The notes under the pieces are model-generated. The model was not told where the DNA came from. It did not search any database and saw nothing but the letters and a program-made list of their open reading frames with translations. Of a stretch of 64,000 bases of DNA, positions 56,475 through 64,000 are shown piece by piece. The stretch's first letter is position 1; each line of letters begins with the position of its first letter. Origin of the DNA: a virus; the IMG/VR virus record IMGVR_UViG_3300036792_000096, positions 26,658 to 90,657 of that record, one strand, 5' to 3'. The position numbers were made by a program, and so were the translations under genes.

Positions 56475-56653
56475 CCGGCTTCCTTGACCTAGCCGTCGCT
56501 GCCCTGAACTTCCTCGGGAGCATCTTCGGGACCTTCGGCCACGTGGGGACGTTCTGCACGTCGATCCCGACGGCGCTGCACGTCACAGCGAACAGCGGGC
56601 TCGAGCTCTCCCCCACCATCCGTACGGCGCTGATCGGTACGCCTACCTGCTGA
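56471..56653 (+). CDS. Small hydrophobic protein
   Basis: GTGA coupling. Confidence 0.5.
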   Translation: MTGFLDLAVAALNFLGSIFGTFGHVGTFCTSIPTALHVTANSGLELSPTIRTALIGTPTC

Positions 56654-56835
56654 TGGGCGAACCCCAGACTCACTTCACGGATGCCGATGTTGTTGTGGTT
56701 CGGGTGCTTCATGAGGACGCCGACTTCATGACCCTAGAGATTGCAAAAGACGAGAACCGGGAACTTCGACTGGAGGAAGGGGACCGGTTCTACACGGTCA
56801 TCTTCACCAACGGGAAGCCTTGGGAGAACGCCTGA
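56653..56835 (+). CDS. Hypothetical protein
   Basis: TGATG coupling. Confidence 0.55.
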   Translation: MGEPQTHFTDADVVVVRVLHEDADFMTLEIAKDENRELRLEEGDRFYTVIFTNGKPWENA

Positions 56836-57275
56836 TGGGGTTCGCACCCTTTCAGGCGTTCAAAAGCTTCGGGCAGACGTGGCTGCCGAACGCCTCCAAC
56901 TCGGTACCCGTTGTTGCCTCTCCCCCGACCCCTGCCGCTGTTCCTGTACCTCCTGCTGCGGGGGCTGGCCCGGGGGGTATGGCGCCTGTGGCACCGCCTA
57001 CGCCCGTGCTCCCCGTCACGCCGACGACTCCCGTTCTTCCGTCGGGGCCCACGCTGCCGATTGCGGGGACGATCACGACGCCGCAGGCGGACATAGGAGC
57101 GCGGACGCTGAACACCGGCTGGCAAGCTGGCCTTGTGGCGCTGCTCGTGGGTCTGCTCGGGCTCATCGGAGTCCATGTGAGCCCGGCCACGGTGGCTGGT
57201 ATCTTCGTGATCCTGACGCCAATCGTGACCTTCCTGTATCACCTGTTCCTGCACAAGAAGGCGGCAAAGGTCTGA
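56835..57275 (+). CDS. Holin-like 2-TM protein with Pro-rich N-terminus
   Basis: RTLNTGWQA, two TM helices, basic C-terminus HKKAAKV. Confidence 0.6.
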   Translation: MGFAPFQAFKSFGQTWLPNASNSVPVVASPPTPAAVPVPPAAGAGPGGMAPVAPPTPVLPVTPTTPVLPSGPTLPIAGTITTPQADIGARTLNTGWQAGLVALLVGLLGLIGVHVSPATVAGIFVILTPIVTFLYHLFLHKKAAKV

Positions 57276-57487
57276 TGTCCTCCCTGCCCCCCGAACCGGA
57301 TCCCGTCCAGCCCGCCGACGCTCCCGGGGCCGGGCCCCTTCCAGCGCCCCGACCTCTGCTGCTGGCGTTCCTTCAGCGGCCTCAGTTCGGGCGTAACGCG
57401 GACGGGCTGCGATGGCCGACGTTCTACCTCGGTCCAGACGGGCTCCGGCTGCCTCTCGGACCGTGGGTCGTGACGTGGAGGACGTGA
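57275..57487 (+). CDS. Hypothetical protein
   Basis: TGATG coupling. Confidence 0.5.
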   Translation: MSSLPPEPDPVQPADAPGAGPLPAPRPLLLAFLQRPQFGRNADGLRWPTFYLGPDGLRLPLGPWVVTWRT

Positions 57488-57669
57488 GAGGACTGCTGGC
57501 GGTGCCCTTGGCTCTCGCCTTGGGCTATGTGCTGACCGTGATCGCCGCGCTCGTGGCCTATCCCCGTTTCGGGGTTGCCCGGTGGATCAGGGATGTGCTT
57601 GCCCTCGAAGGGTGGGTGTCCGACACGTTCTGGGGCACTGTGGGATGGTTGGCGTTCTGGTCACGCTGA
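57484..57669 (+). CDS. Small membrane protein
   Basis: Hydrophobic, GTGA coupling. Confidence 0.5.
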   Translation: MRGLLAVPLALALGYVLTVIAALVAYPRFGVARWIRDVLALEGWVSDTFWGTVGWLAFWSR

Positions 57670-57973
57670 GACGGGCCGGGTGGATTCTGCCGGCGGGCCT
57701 TGTAGCCGGGCTCGGCTTGTATCTCGTGGTGCTGACGCCCTTGGGCCTGATGTTCCGGCGTCGGCCGCGCATCATGCGCACCGATGCGGGCTATGGGCTA
57801 CGGGTTGCCGTTCCTCACGTGGGGAGGGCTGTATCTGCCTGCTGGGCGCCGGCTGGTGTGGTGGCCCGCTGACCCGAGGGCGCCCGATCCAGTGCCCTAG
57901 CGAAGTCTAAAGGGAGGTGACGCCCACGCCGGTTCCCCAGCCCACCACAGCCCCTCTCCCGGGCTACACGTTA

Positions 57974-58006
57974 CAGAGCCCCCTGCCTTCGCGGCAGGGG
58001 GCTCTG
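57974..58006. terminator. Hairpin terminator between convergent operons
   Basis: Perfect 14-bp stem CAGAGCCCCCTGCC/GGCAGGGGGCTCTG, loop TTCGC. Confidence 0.85.
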
Positions 58007-58030
58007 TTCGTTGCGGGTTGTGAGGAGTTA

Positions 58031-58711
58031 TTAGCTGCCCATCAGGGACAGCAGCGAGTCTGCGATGACCTGCGGGTCGGTCTCGGAACCGAAGGTGACG
58101 ACACGGAAGTTGTCGGGGTGATGTGCCTCCACCTTCTTGTAGGCGTTGAAGGTCTGGTCGTGCTCGGGACCGTAGCCGATGACGGCCATGACGACGTAGA
58201 CGGTCCCGCGGAGCTTCTCCATCTCGGCGACGAAGTCCTGGTAGTCGGCGGCTTCCCCGTCGGTGATGACGACAGCCAGAATGGCTGGACGCTCGTCCGC
58301 GGGCCGAGAACCGAACTCGTCCTTGTAGGTCTCGACCAGCACTTCCCAGCCGGGGACGATGTAGGTGCCCCCGCCCCACTCGATGGCACCCCACTTGTCG
58401 CGGACGTTCTCTGAGGAGAGATCGTCGATGCTGACCGCGTCCTCGGGCCCGCTGAAGAGAATCGTCATGACGCCCCCGGCGTCCTCCCCTGCCGCAGCTT
58501 CCTTCTCGGCTTGGGAGTCCTTGCCTTCCAGTGCCGCGACGAGAGCGCTGATGGCCTCCCCGATGACTTCGCGCCGCTGGATGTGGGAGTGCTCGGCCGC
58601 CTTGTAGGACATGGAGCCCGAGGTGTCGATCAGGAACATGGGTTCGGTCTCGGTGCCTGACGGCGCGACTGGACTCAGGTCGTTCTTGCTCGGTTCTGTG
58701 GTCACTGCCAT
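58031..58711 (-). CDS. vWA domain protein with intact MIDAS
   Basis: FLIDTSGSM, GGT, VVITDGE. Confidence 0.9.
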   Translation of the reverse strand: MAVTTEPSKNDLSPVAPSGTETEPMFLIDTSGSMSYKAAEHSHIQRREVIGEAISALVAALEGKDSQAEKEAAAGEDAGGVMTILFSGPEDAVSIDDLSSENVRDKWGAIEWGGGTYIVPGWEVLVETYKDEFGSRPADERPAILAVVITDGEAADYQDFVAEMEKLRGTVYVVMAVIGYGPEHDQTFNAYKKVEAHHPDNFRVVTFGSETDPQVIADSLLSLMGS

Positions 58712-58745
58712 GGTGCGTTCTCCCCTTCTGGATAGGTTGGTGCTG

Positions 58746-59534
58746 CTAACTGAAGAGTGCGTCCGTTCCCTTCACCGCCGCGTCCCGCGGCTCGTCTCGC
58801 TTCCCCCCTTCTGGTAGTGCGTCGCGGACTCTGGTGGCCTTAACCGGCTGTGGGGCTTCGTCTGCCCACCCCGCCATCAGCTCGTCGGCCGCGCCGGTCT
58901 GGGCAAGCGTGCTGTCGTCTAGCCCCATAGCTGCGGTGTCGAGAGCGTGCAGTTGCCCAGAGGCCCGCTCCTTGGCGAGACCCTGTTGGACCCGCTCTCG
59001 GACCTCGTTCAGGGAAGGTGTGGCCCGGGCTGCCATGCTGGCGATGTCCTCGTTGGCCCGGTTCAGGTTGTGCTGGACGGCCTGCTGGTCGACCTGGGCG
59101 TGCAGGGTCTTGGCGTCGGCGAGCGCCGCCGCCAGCTTCTCGCCGTTGACCCTGAAGGCTTCCTGAGCGTCGTCTGCGGCCTTCTTGGCGTCGTGGTAGG
59201 TCTGCTCCTCGATCGACAGCCGTTCCCTCGCTGCGGCCAGTTGCCGGGCGATGCCTGCCGCTGCGTCGCGGTGCCCCGCGGAGAAGGCTGCCTTGCCCTG
59301 ACGGTCCAGCCGGTCCACCAGGGCCAGATCCCTCTCGTAGGCGCCCTTGGCGGTCTCGGCCTGCCCCATCACGGTCGCGACGGCGTTCTCAAGCCGGTCG
59401 TGATCCTCTTGGTATTGCCGGATCGTCGTATCGATCACGGCGTGTGGATCAGCGTGGGCCTCGAGCGCCCTCGTGGCGCCGGCCTTCGCCAGGTCGTTCT
59501 CTCGCTGGAAAATCTCTCGCCATTTGAACGGCAT
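58746..59534 (-). CDS. pspA: PspA/IM30 (ESCRT-III-like) family protein
   Basis: N-terminal amphipathic helix, ADP..VIDT.IR, VATVMG, GKAAFSAGHRDAA, long coiled coil, PSLNEVRERV. Confidence 0.8.
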   Translation of the reverse strand: MPFKWREIFQRENDLAKAGATRALEAHADPHAVIDTTIRQYQEDHDRLENAVATVMGQAETAKGAYERDLALVDRLDRQGKAAFSAGHRDAAAGIARQLAAARERLSIEEQTYHDAKKAADDAQEAFRVNGEKLAAALADAKTLHAQVDQQAVQHNLNRANEDIASMAARATPSLNEVRERVQQGLAKERASGQLHALDTAAMGLDDSTLAQTGAADELMAGWADEAPQPVKATRVRDALPEGGKRDEPRDAAVKGTDALFS

Positions 59535-59538
59535 TCGT

Positions 59539-60003
59539 CTACCTCCTCTGGGTTGATGGGAGTTCCTCTATTTGCGGGGGCCACAGGATCAGCCCGGCCA
59601 GTTTCCCGGCTGCCTTGGCCTTGCGGACAGTGTCAGCGGTTCCGCGGCTCTTTCTGTCCCAAAAAGCCTGCACATGATCGGCTGCCTCCACAAGTTGCCC
59701 GTTGCGCCAGAACGCGGCAGCAGGGAAGGTGGGGAAGGTCTGCTCAAAGACGTGAACACTCCTTCCCTCAGTGAGCGGACCTGTAGAGATGACTGTGACC
59801 CGCCATACCCCATCGACTTTGATGGGACGCCACGAATGGACGATGAGCCCAGACATTGCCGCCGCACGCTCCGCCTCCTGATCAACCCCTTGGGCCCCGC
59901 CCGAGACCACGACGGAGTCGTTCGGGAGGGTTCGGACGAACGCACGAACGGCGCCCAGATCCCCGTACCCTCGCGAGCCGACGATGGCCCACGTCTCACC
60001 CAT
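59539..60003 (-). CDS. SLOG superfamily protein (YspA/DprA-like)
   Basis: AIVGSR, VVSGGAQGVD..AE, RN..LV..AD.V.AFWD.KSRGT. Confidence 0.88.
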   Translation of the reverse strand: MGETWAIVGSRGYGDLGAVRAFVRTLPNDSVVVSGGAQGVDQEAERAAAMSGLIVHSWRPIKVDGVWRVTVISTGPLTEGRSVHVFEQTFPTFPAAAFWRNGQLVEAADHVQAFWDRKSRGTADTVRKAKAAGKLAGLILWPPQIEELPSTQRR

Positions 60004-60268
60004 GCTTGGGGCCTTTGTGGGCGATGGCGGTGAGGGCGTCGTTCTCCGCTCGCAGGCGTTCCAACTCGGCGTTGGCCTCGTCCAACTCGGCCCGAAGGTG
60101 CTCAATCTCAGCCAGCATTATAGGCGCGTATTTTGCGAACGCTACCGACCACGTCGGGTGCGTTTTCGCAGCAGCAGCCCATAGCGTTACTTCGTCTATT
60201 TCGTCTTGGGAAAGCGGTGCCATGGGGTCCCTTTCTGGCATGGTTGGGAACAGCGGTCTATCCCACAT
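59996..60268 (-). CDS. Coiled-coil hypothetical protein
   Basis: MLAEIEHLRAELDEANAELERLRAE. Confidence 0.6.
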   Translation of the reverse strand: MWDRPLFPTMPERDPMAPLSQDEIDEVTLWAAAAKTHPTWSVAFAKYAPIMLAEIEHLRAELDEANAELERLRAENDALTAIAHKGPKHG

Positions 60269-60773
60269 TCTCGACTCTCCGCAGGCGTTCTATGACGTAC
60301 TGCACGACCATGGAATCATTCGCCTTCCACGGGCGCCCGTCGGATGCCACCCGGGGCCATGCCAGCGTTGCGTTGGGGATCAGACGGGTCAGTTCGGCTC
60401 GGGTCCACATGGCCAGCGCCGTCTTCGTGGTGTGTCCCTGCGGGATCTCGCCACCCTTGCAGCGCGCCATGGAGCCGGGGGGGAGTTCGGGTGGACCCTC
60501 GTCTCGCAGGCGGTTGAGCGCCGACTCGATGCCGATCCCAGCCCGGTTGACCCGCGCTCCCGGGCCGAGCGCCTTGGCTGCCTCCTCAAGCGCCATCGCC
60601 TCGGCTACCGGGGACAGGTGGATCAGGAACGTCCCCTCATCCTCGGTTGGTAGCAGGCCGACAGCTTGAAGGCGCTTCGCGTCCTCGGGGTCCTTCTCGG
60701 CCATGAGCGCTGCAAGGAACTTGACGCCGCTCCAAGGGGAGCGTATCTGGTCGGTTGCTTCTGTCACTCGCAC
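60258..60773 (-). CDS. Hypothetical protein
   Basis: AGGAG RBS; first gene of leftward operon. Confidence 0.6.
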   Translation of the reverse strand: MRVTEATDQIRSPWSGVKFLAALMAEKDPEDAKRLQAVGLLPTEDEGTFLIHLSPVAEAMALEEAAKALGPGARVNRAGIGIESALNRLRDEGPPELPPGSMARCKGGEIPQGHTTKTALAMWTRAELTRLIPNATLAWPRVASDGRPWKANDSMVVQYVIERLRRVENVG

Positions 60774-60880
60774 CTCCTAGGCGTTTGCCCGTGAGTCTAG
60801 CAGGCCGTGGATGCTGTGGGGCGGATTGTGTGGTACCTTCTCCCCAGCGGGAACCTGCCAAGGGCGACTAGCGAGCCAAG

Positions 60881-61144
60881 GTGCCCGGGACGGAAGGGGA
60901 GGCCACATTGACGGAGAACGGTTCACCGAGGTACCTCGTCTCAGGTGAGGCGGCCAAGATGCTCGGTGTCTCGCCGAGAACCGTCGGGCGTTGGGCCGAA
61001 GCGTACGGGCTGCCGTACTTCCTTACGCTCGGGGGTCACAGGCGCTTCCTTGAGGAAACGATCCTCGCACTGCGCGAGGCACTGACGGAGCCGGGGGTGG
61101 GGATCGAGGTGGCTGCGGGTCGGGTTCGGCGAGGACAGGCGTGA
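60881..61144 (+). CDS. BldC/excisionase-like HTH protein
   Basis: GEAAKMLGVSPRTVGRWA...TLGGHRRF. Confidence 0.85.
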   Translation: MPGTEGEATLTENGSPRYLVSGEAAKMLGVSPRTVGRWAEAYGLPYFLTLGGHRRFLEETILALREALTEPGVGIEVAAGRVRRGQA

Positions 61145-61593
61145 AACAGGCCGCGGGGGATCTCTGGCGCTTCCCCTGCGACACCCTCTGCATCACGACC
61201 AACGGCACGCGTAAACACGACGGGCAAGCGGTCATGGGCCGCGGTGTGGCTGCTCAGGCGGCTCAGCGATGGCCGTGGCTGCCACAGGTGCTCGGGGACT
61301 CGCTGGTTGAGCACGGGAACCACGTCGCCGCCCTGTGGAAGCTGTTGGACACTCCGCTTCTCCTGTCATTCCCGGTCAAGCACCATTGGAGGGAGATAGC
61401 CGACTTGGGCCTGATCGTGCGCTCGTGCAGGGAACTCATGCGCCTCGCCGGCAAGCTCGGCCTCGGGCAGATCGCCCTTGTTCGGCCCGGCTGCGGGAAC
61501 GGCGGGCTGTCGTGGAAGGTGGTCGAGCCCCGCATCGCCCCGTTGCTGGATGACCGGGTGACCGTCGTCTACTCGGACGTGGTGGCCAGATGA
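61141..61593 (+). CDS. Macrodomain protein (DarG-like ADP-ribose binding/hydrolase)
   Basis: GDLW, ITTN...VMGRGVA, FPVKHHWR, LVRPGCGNGGLSW. Confidence 0.9.
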   Translation: MKQAAGDLWRFPCDTLCITTNGTRKHDGQAVMGRGVAAQAAQRWPWLPQVLGDSLVEHGNHVAALWKLLDTPLLLSFPVKHHWREIADLGLIVRSCRELMRLAGKLGLGQIALVRPGCGNGGLSWKVVEPRIAPLLDDRVTVVYSDVVAR

Positions 61594-61611
61594 GCCCGCG
61601 CTCCTCTGCTC

Positions 61612-62004
61612 ATGATGTATGCTACGTCGGCACACATGGATAGAACCTTTGGGGAGACGGTACGTCAGCAGCGCCTAGCCAAGCGTCTCGGCGTTCGGGA
61701 GCTGGCTCGCTCCCTTGGGCTGAGTGCCTCCTACGTCTGCGACATCGAGTTCGACCGAAGAACCCCTTCAGAGGACGTCCTGCGGAATCTCGCCATTGCC
61801 CTCGGGTTGAACGTTAACGACCTCATGGCACTGTCAGGGCGACTTGGGGAAGTGGGCGAGAACTACATGCGCCGCACGCCGGCCGTGGCGGATCTGGTGC
61901 GGGCCCTGGCGAGGCGCCGAGTGCCTAACGCTCAGGTGCGGGCCATCATCGGAGACCTTGACGATCTGCTCCGTACATACGAGGAAGGACGGACTGTGGC
62001 CTAG
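61612..62004 (+). CDS. XRE-family HTH regulator
   Basis: FGETVRQQR...RELARSLGLSASYVCDIEFDRRTPS. Confidence 0.9.
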   Translation: MMYATSAHMDRTFGETVRQQRLAKRLGVRELARSLGLSASYVCDIEFDRRTPSEDVLRNLAIALGLNVNDLMALSGRLGEVGENYMRRTPAVADLVRALARRRVPNAQVRAIIGDLDDLLRTYEEGRTVA

Positions 62005-62148
62005 ACGCGGAGAGGCCCCCACGGGGGTGAGGGCCTCGCTGGTTCCCGTTGGACTTCCCCCGCCAAAAAGGAAGTGCCGGAAAGGACTTGCTATGACTCT
62101 ATCACCGAACGGTGTAGAGGTGCAGGATTCGTCGCGCTCGGTGCGCTC

Positions 62149-62592
62149 ATGAGTGCGCAACGCATCGTCCGCGGGTCAGGCGGTGGAAACCCCGCGTTCC
62201 CTCCGCACCTTCGGGAGCTCGAGGAGTCGTTCCTGTCGTCGCTGGGGTGGGGCCTCCACGTCAACTACGACCGGGAGGAACGCTTCGGCCGGCAGGTCTC
62301 AGAGGGCTTGGGGCTTGCCCCGGGTGACATCGCCTACCCGGATCTGCGAGACCTCTTCCTTGCCATCCGGGACGACTACCTCACCGCCGACGCGTTCACC
62401 TGGCAGGGGACCCGTCAGAAGCTCTGGCAGCGAGGCTGGTTCCAGGAGGACTGGAAGCGCCACACGACCTACGTAGACATTGTCTGCAACCAGTTCACCA
62501 CGGTCGGGGCCATCCCACGTCTGCGGACGCTGATTGAGCAGGAGGCGGCATTGCGCCGGGGCGAGAAGCACATAGACGGAGCCTACGAATGA
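62149..62592 (+). CDS. Hypothetical protein
   Basis: ATGA coupling on both sides. Confidence 0.6.
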   Translation: MSAQRIVRGSGGGNPAFPPHLRELEESFLSSLGWGLHVNYDREERFGRQVSEGLGLAPGDIAYPDLRDLFLAIRDDYLTADAFTWQGTRQKLWQRGWFQEDWKRHTTYVDIVCNQFTTVGAIPRLRTLIEQEAALRRGEKHIDGAYE

Positions 62593-63884
62593 GCCTCCGC
62601 CGGCCAGAGGCGCAGCGCATCGGCGACGACTTCCTATTCACCTACCCCGTCGGTGGGATCAAGGTTGAGATGAGCTCGGTGAGCGAGTCTCGCCGCGAGG
62701 GAACACACGCCATGGTCGTCGTCCGGTCGAACGCGGGCAAGCTGTGCTGGACCCGGCTGAAGCTGGACAGCGACCGGGAGCGGAGCTCGCTGGCGAAGAC
62801 GCTGGCGAGCAAGAATGGCACTGCCGACTTCCCGTGGGCTGACGCTCTCGCTCAATGCGCCGAGATGGCCTGCGAGATGTATCAGGCGGGGGAGCCGACG
62901 GTGTTGCTGTGGGACGTACCGGCTCCCATGGAACCGTCCTACCTCTTAGATCCTCTCCTCCCTCTCAACGAAACGACGACGCTCTACGGCGATGGCGACG
63001 CGGGGAAAAGCTTGGTCGCCTTGAGGATGGCGCTTGCGGTGACATCCGACGCCCCGATGGAAGGCGTGAAGCTAGCGAGCAAACCGGGAGCGGTCATGTA
63101 CCTCGACTGGGAGACGAATGCGGAAACACACGCTAGGAGGATTCGACGTTTGGCCGCGGCGGAGGGGATCGTGACAGCCCCAAGGATCCACTACCGGAAG
63201 ATCAAGCGGGCTGTTGCCGACGAGATACGTGGGCTTCAGTACGAGATCGTAAAGCTTGGCGTGGTCCTGGTCATTGTGGACTCGCTGGGGGCTGCGGCCG
63301 GGATCACCTACGGAGATTCGATCAACGACCCGTCCGTCGGAGCCGGCGTGATGAACGCTCTGCGGGGGCTCAACGCAACCCGTCTCCTGATCCACCACAT
63401 GACCCATGATGCGGTCAAAAACGGAGGTTCGACAGCCCCGTTTGGATCGAGGTATTTCCGCAACTATTCACGGTGTTTGTGGGAGATGCGGCGAAGTCCT
63501 ATTTCAGAGGATGTAGCCCGGATTGCCCTGTTCAACCGAAAAATGAACGATGACGCTCGGCGGGAGCAACCAGTCGCCTACGAGATCGACTATGGGGGGC
63601 GAGGTGGTCCAATCCGTTTCCACAGCGTGGAGCTCGCCGACGACGCCGAGTTGATCCAGCACCTTCCGCTCGTTGACCAGGTTGTCCACTACCTTGAGCG
63701 CCAGCATGGGGCGCCGATGACGACGAAGGATCTCTGCGACCGGACTGGGAAGGATGCTGGCTCCCTTCGCCGGACCCTGAAAGGCAGTCCTCGAGTGACT
63801 GAACTTGACTCCGGCCAAGGCCGTTCGGGAGGCACCTACTGGGCGCTGGCTGCGCGAAGTTTGCGCGAGGTTGGGCATGAATGA
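62589..63884 (+). CDS. RecA-fold AAA helicase (RepA/AAA_25-like) with C-terminal wHTH
   Basis: GDGDAGKS, YLDWE, VIVDSL, LIHH, PFGS. Confidence 0.88.
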   Translation: MSLRRPEAQRIGDDFLFTYPVGGIKVEMSSVSESRREGTHAMVVVRSNAGKLCWTRLKLDSDRERSSLAKTLASKNGTADFPWADALAQCAEMACEMYQAGEPTVLLWDVPAPMEPSYLLDPLLPLNETTTLYGDGDAGKSLVALRMALAVTSDAPMEGVKLASKPGAVMYLDWETNAETHARRIRRLAAAEGIVTAPRIHYRKIKRAVADEIRGLQYEIVKLGVVLVIVDSLGAAAGITYGDSINDPSVGAGVMNALRGLNATRLLIHHMTHDAVKNGGSTAPFGSRYFRNYSRCLWEMRRSPISEDVARIALFNRKMNDDARREQPVAYEIDYGGRGGPIRFHSVELADDAELIQHLPLVDQVVHYLERQHGAPMTTKDLCDRTGKDAGSLRRTLKGSPRVTELDSGQGRSGGTYWALAARSLREVGHE

Positions 63885-63959
63885 ACCTCGCGCAGTGCGC
63901 GAGGTGGGTGCGCGAAGTGCGCGAACCTCTACCCAAACCCGACGAAACAACCTCGCGCA
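63851..63959. repeat. Cluster of 10-bp direct/inverted repeats (TGCGCGA[A/G]GT), probable origin iterons
   Basis: Copies at 63851, 63862, 63896, 63909, 63918 (partial) and inverted at 63885, 63950; more AT-rich tract follows. Confidence 0.75.
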
Positions 63960-64000
63960 CTTGAATATACACGGATGTCTATATCCGCAGGTCAGAGGCA

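Larger units (their letters stand above)
1..64000. mobile_element. Tailed dsDNA bacteriophage (siphovirus-like), near-complete genome, probable Actinomycetota host
   Basis: Terminase-portal-protease-capsid-tail-tape measure-lysin gene order, tightly overlapping genes, no host housekeeping genes. Confidence 0.97.

Noticed and set aside
63851-63959. Repeat cluster as a CRISPR array
   Set aside because: 10-bp units, mixed orientation, irregular short gaps, no cas genes

Overview
The whole window is one high-GC tailed dsDNA phage, probably a siphovirus, with no flanking host genes. The window covers most of a probably circularly permuted genome: it starts inside a rightward run of small genes and ends just after the helicase and a likely replication origin. 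The SSB, a BldC-like regulator, a PafBC-type promoter and Rosebush/cluster-B-like capsid genes point to an Actinomycetota host, possibly Acidimicrobiia (inference). Layout: small early and accessory genes, SSB, regulators and a DNA methyltransferase (1-12.7 kb); ParB-methyltransferase, terminases, portal-MuF, DHH phosphoesterase, 2H-phosphoesterase/protease fusion, a structured non-coding region and the major capsid protein (12.7-27.9 kb); an antisense HNH endonuclease plus a 6.8 kb glycosyltransferase/methyltransferase cassette between the putative capsid hexamer and pentamer genes (27.9-35.9 kb); spike, neck and tail genes with a -1 frameshifted chaperone and tape measure (35.9-53.5 kb); endolysin and many membrane proteins (53.6-57.9 kb); a leftward SLOG-PspA-vWA operon (58-60.8 kb); BldC-like, macrodomain, XRE and helicase genes with iteron-like repeats (60.9-64 kb). 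I saw no integrase, DNA polymerase, tRNA, CRISPR array or reverse transcriptase. Best leads: the virion-glycosylation cassette, phage-encoded PspA with vWA and SLOG, the coupled DHH and 2H-protease genes, a roughly 280 nt structured RNA candidate, a homing HNH with a DNA-damage-type promoter beside a recoded capsid 3' end, and low-GC3 patches in core genes. All family calls come from recognising motifs by eye, not from database searches.
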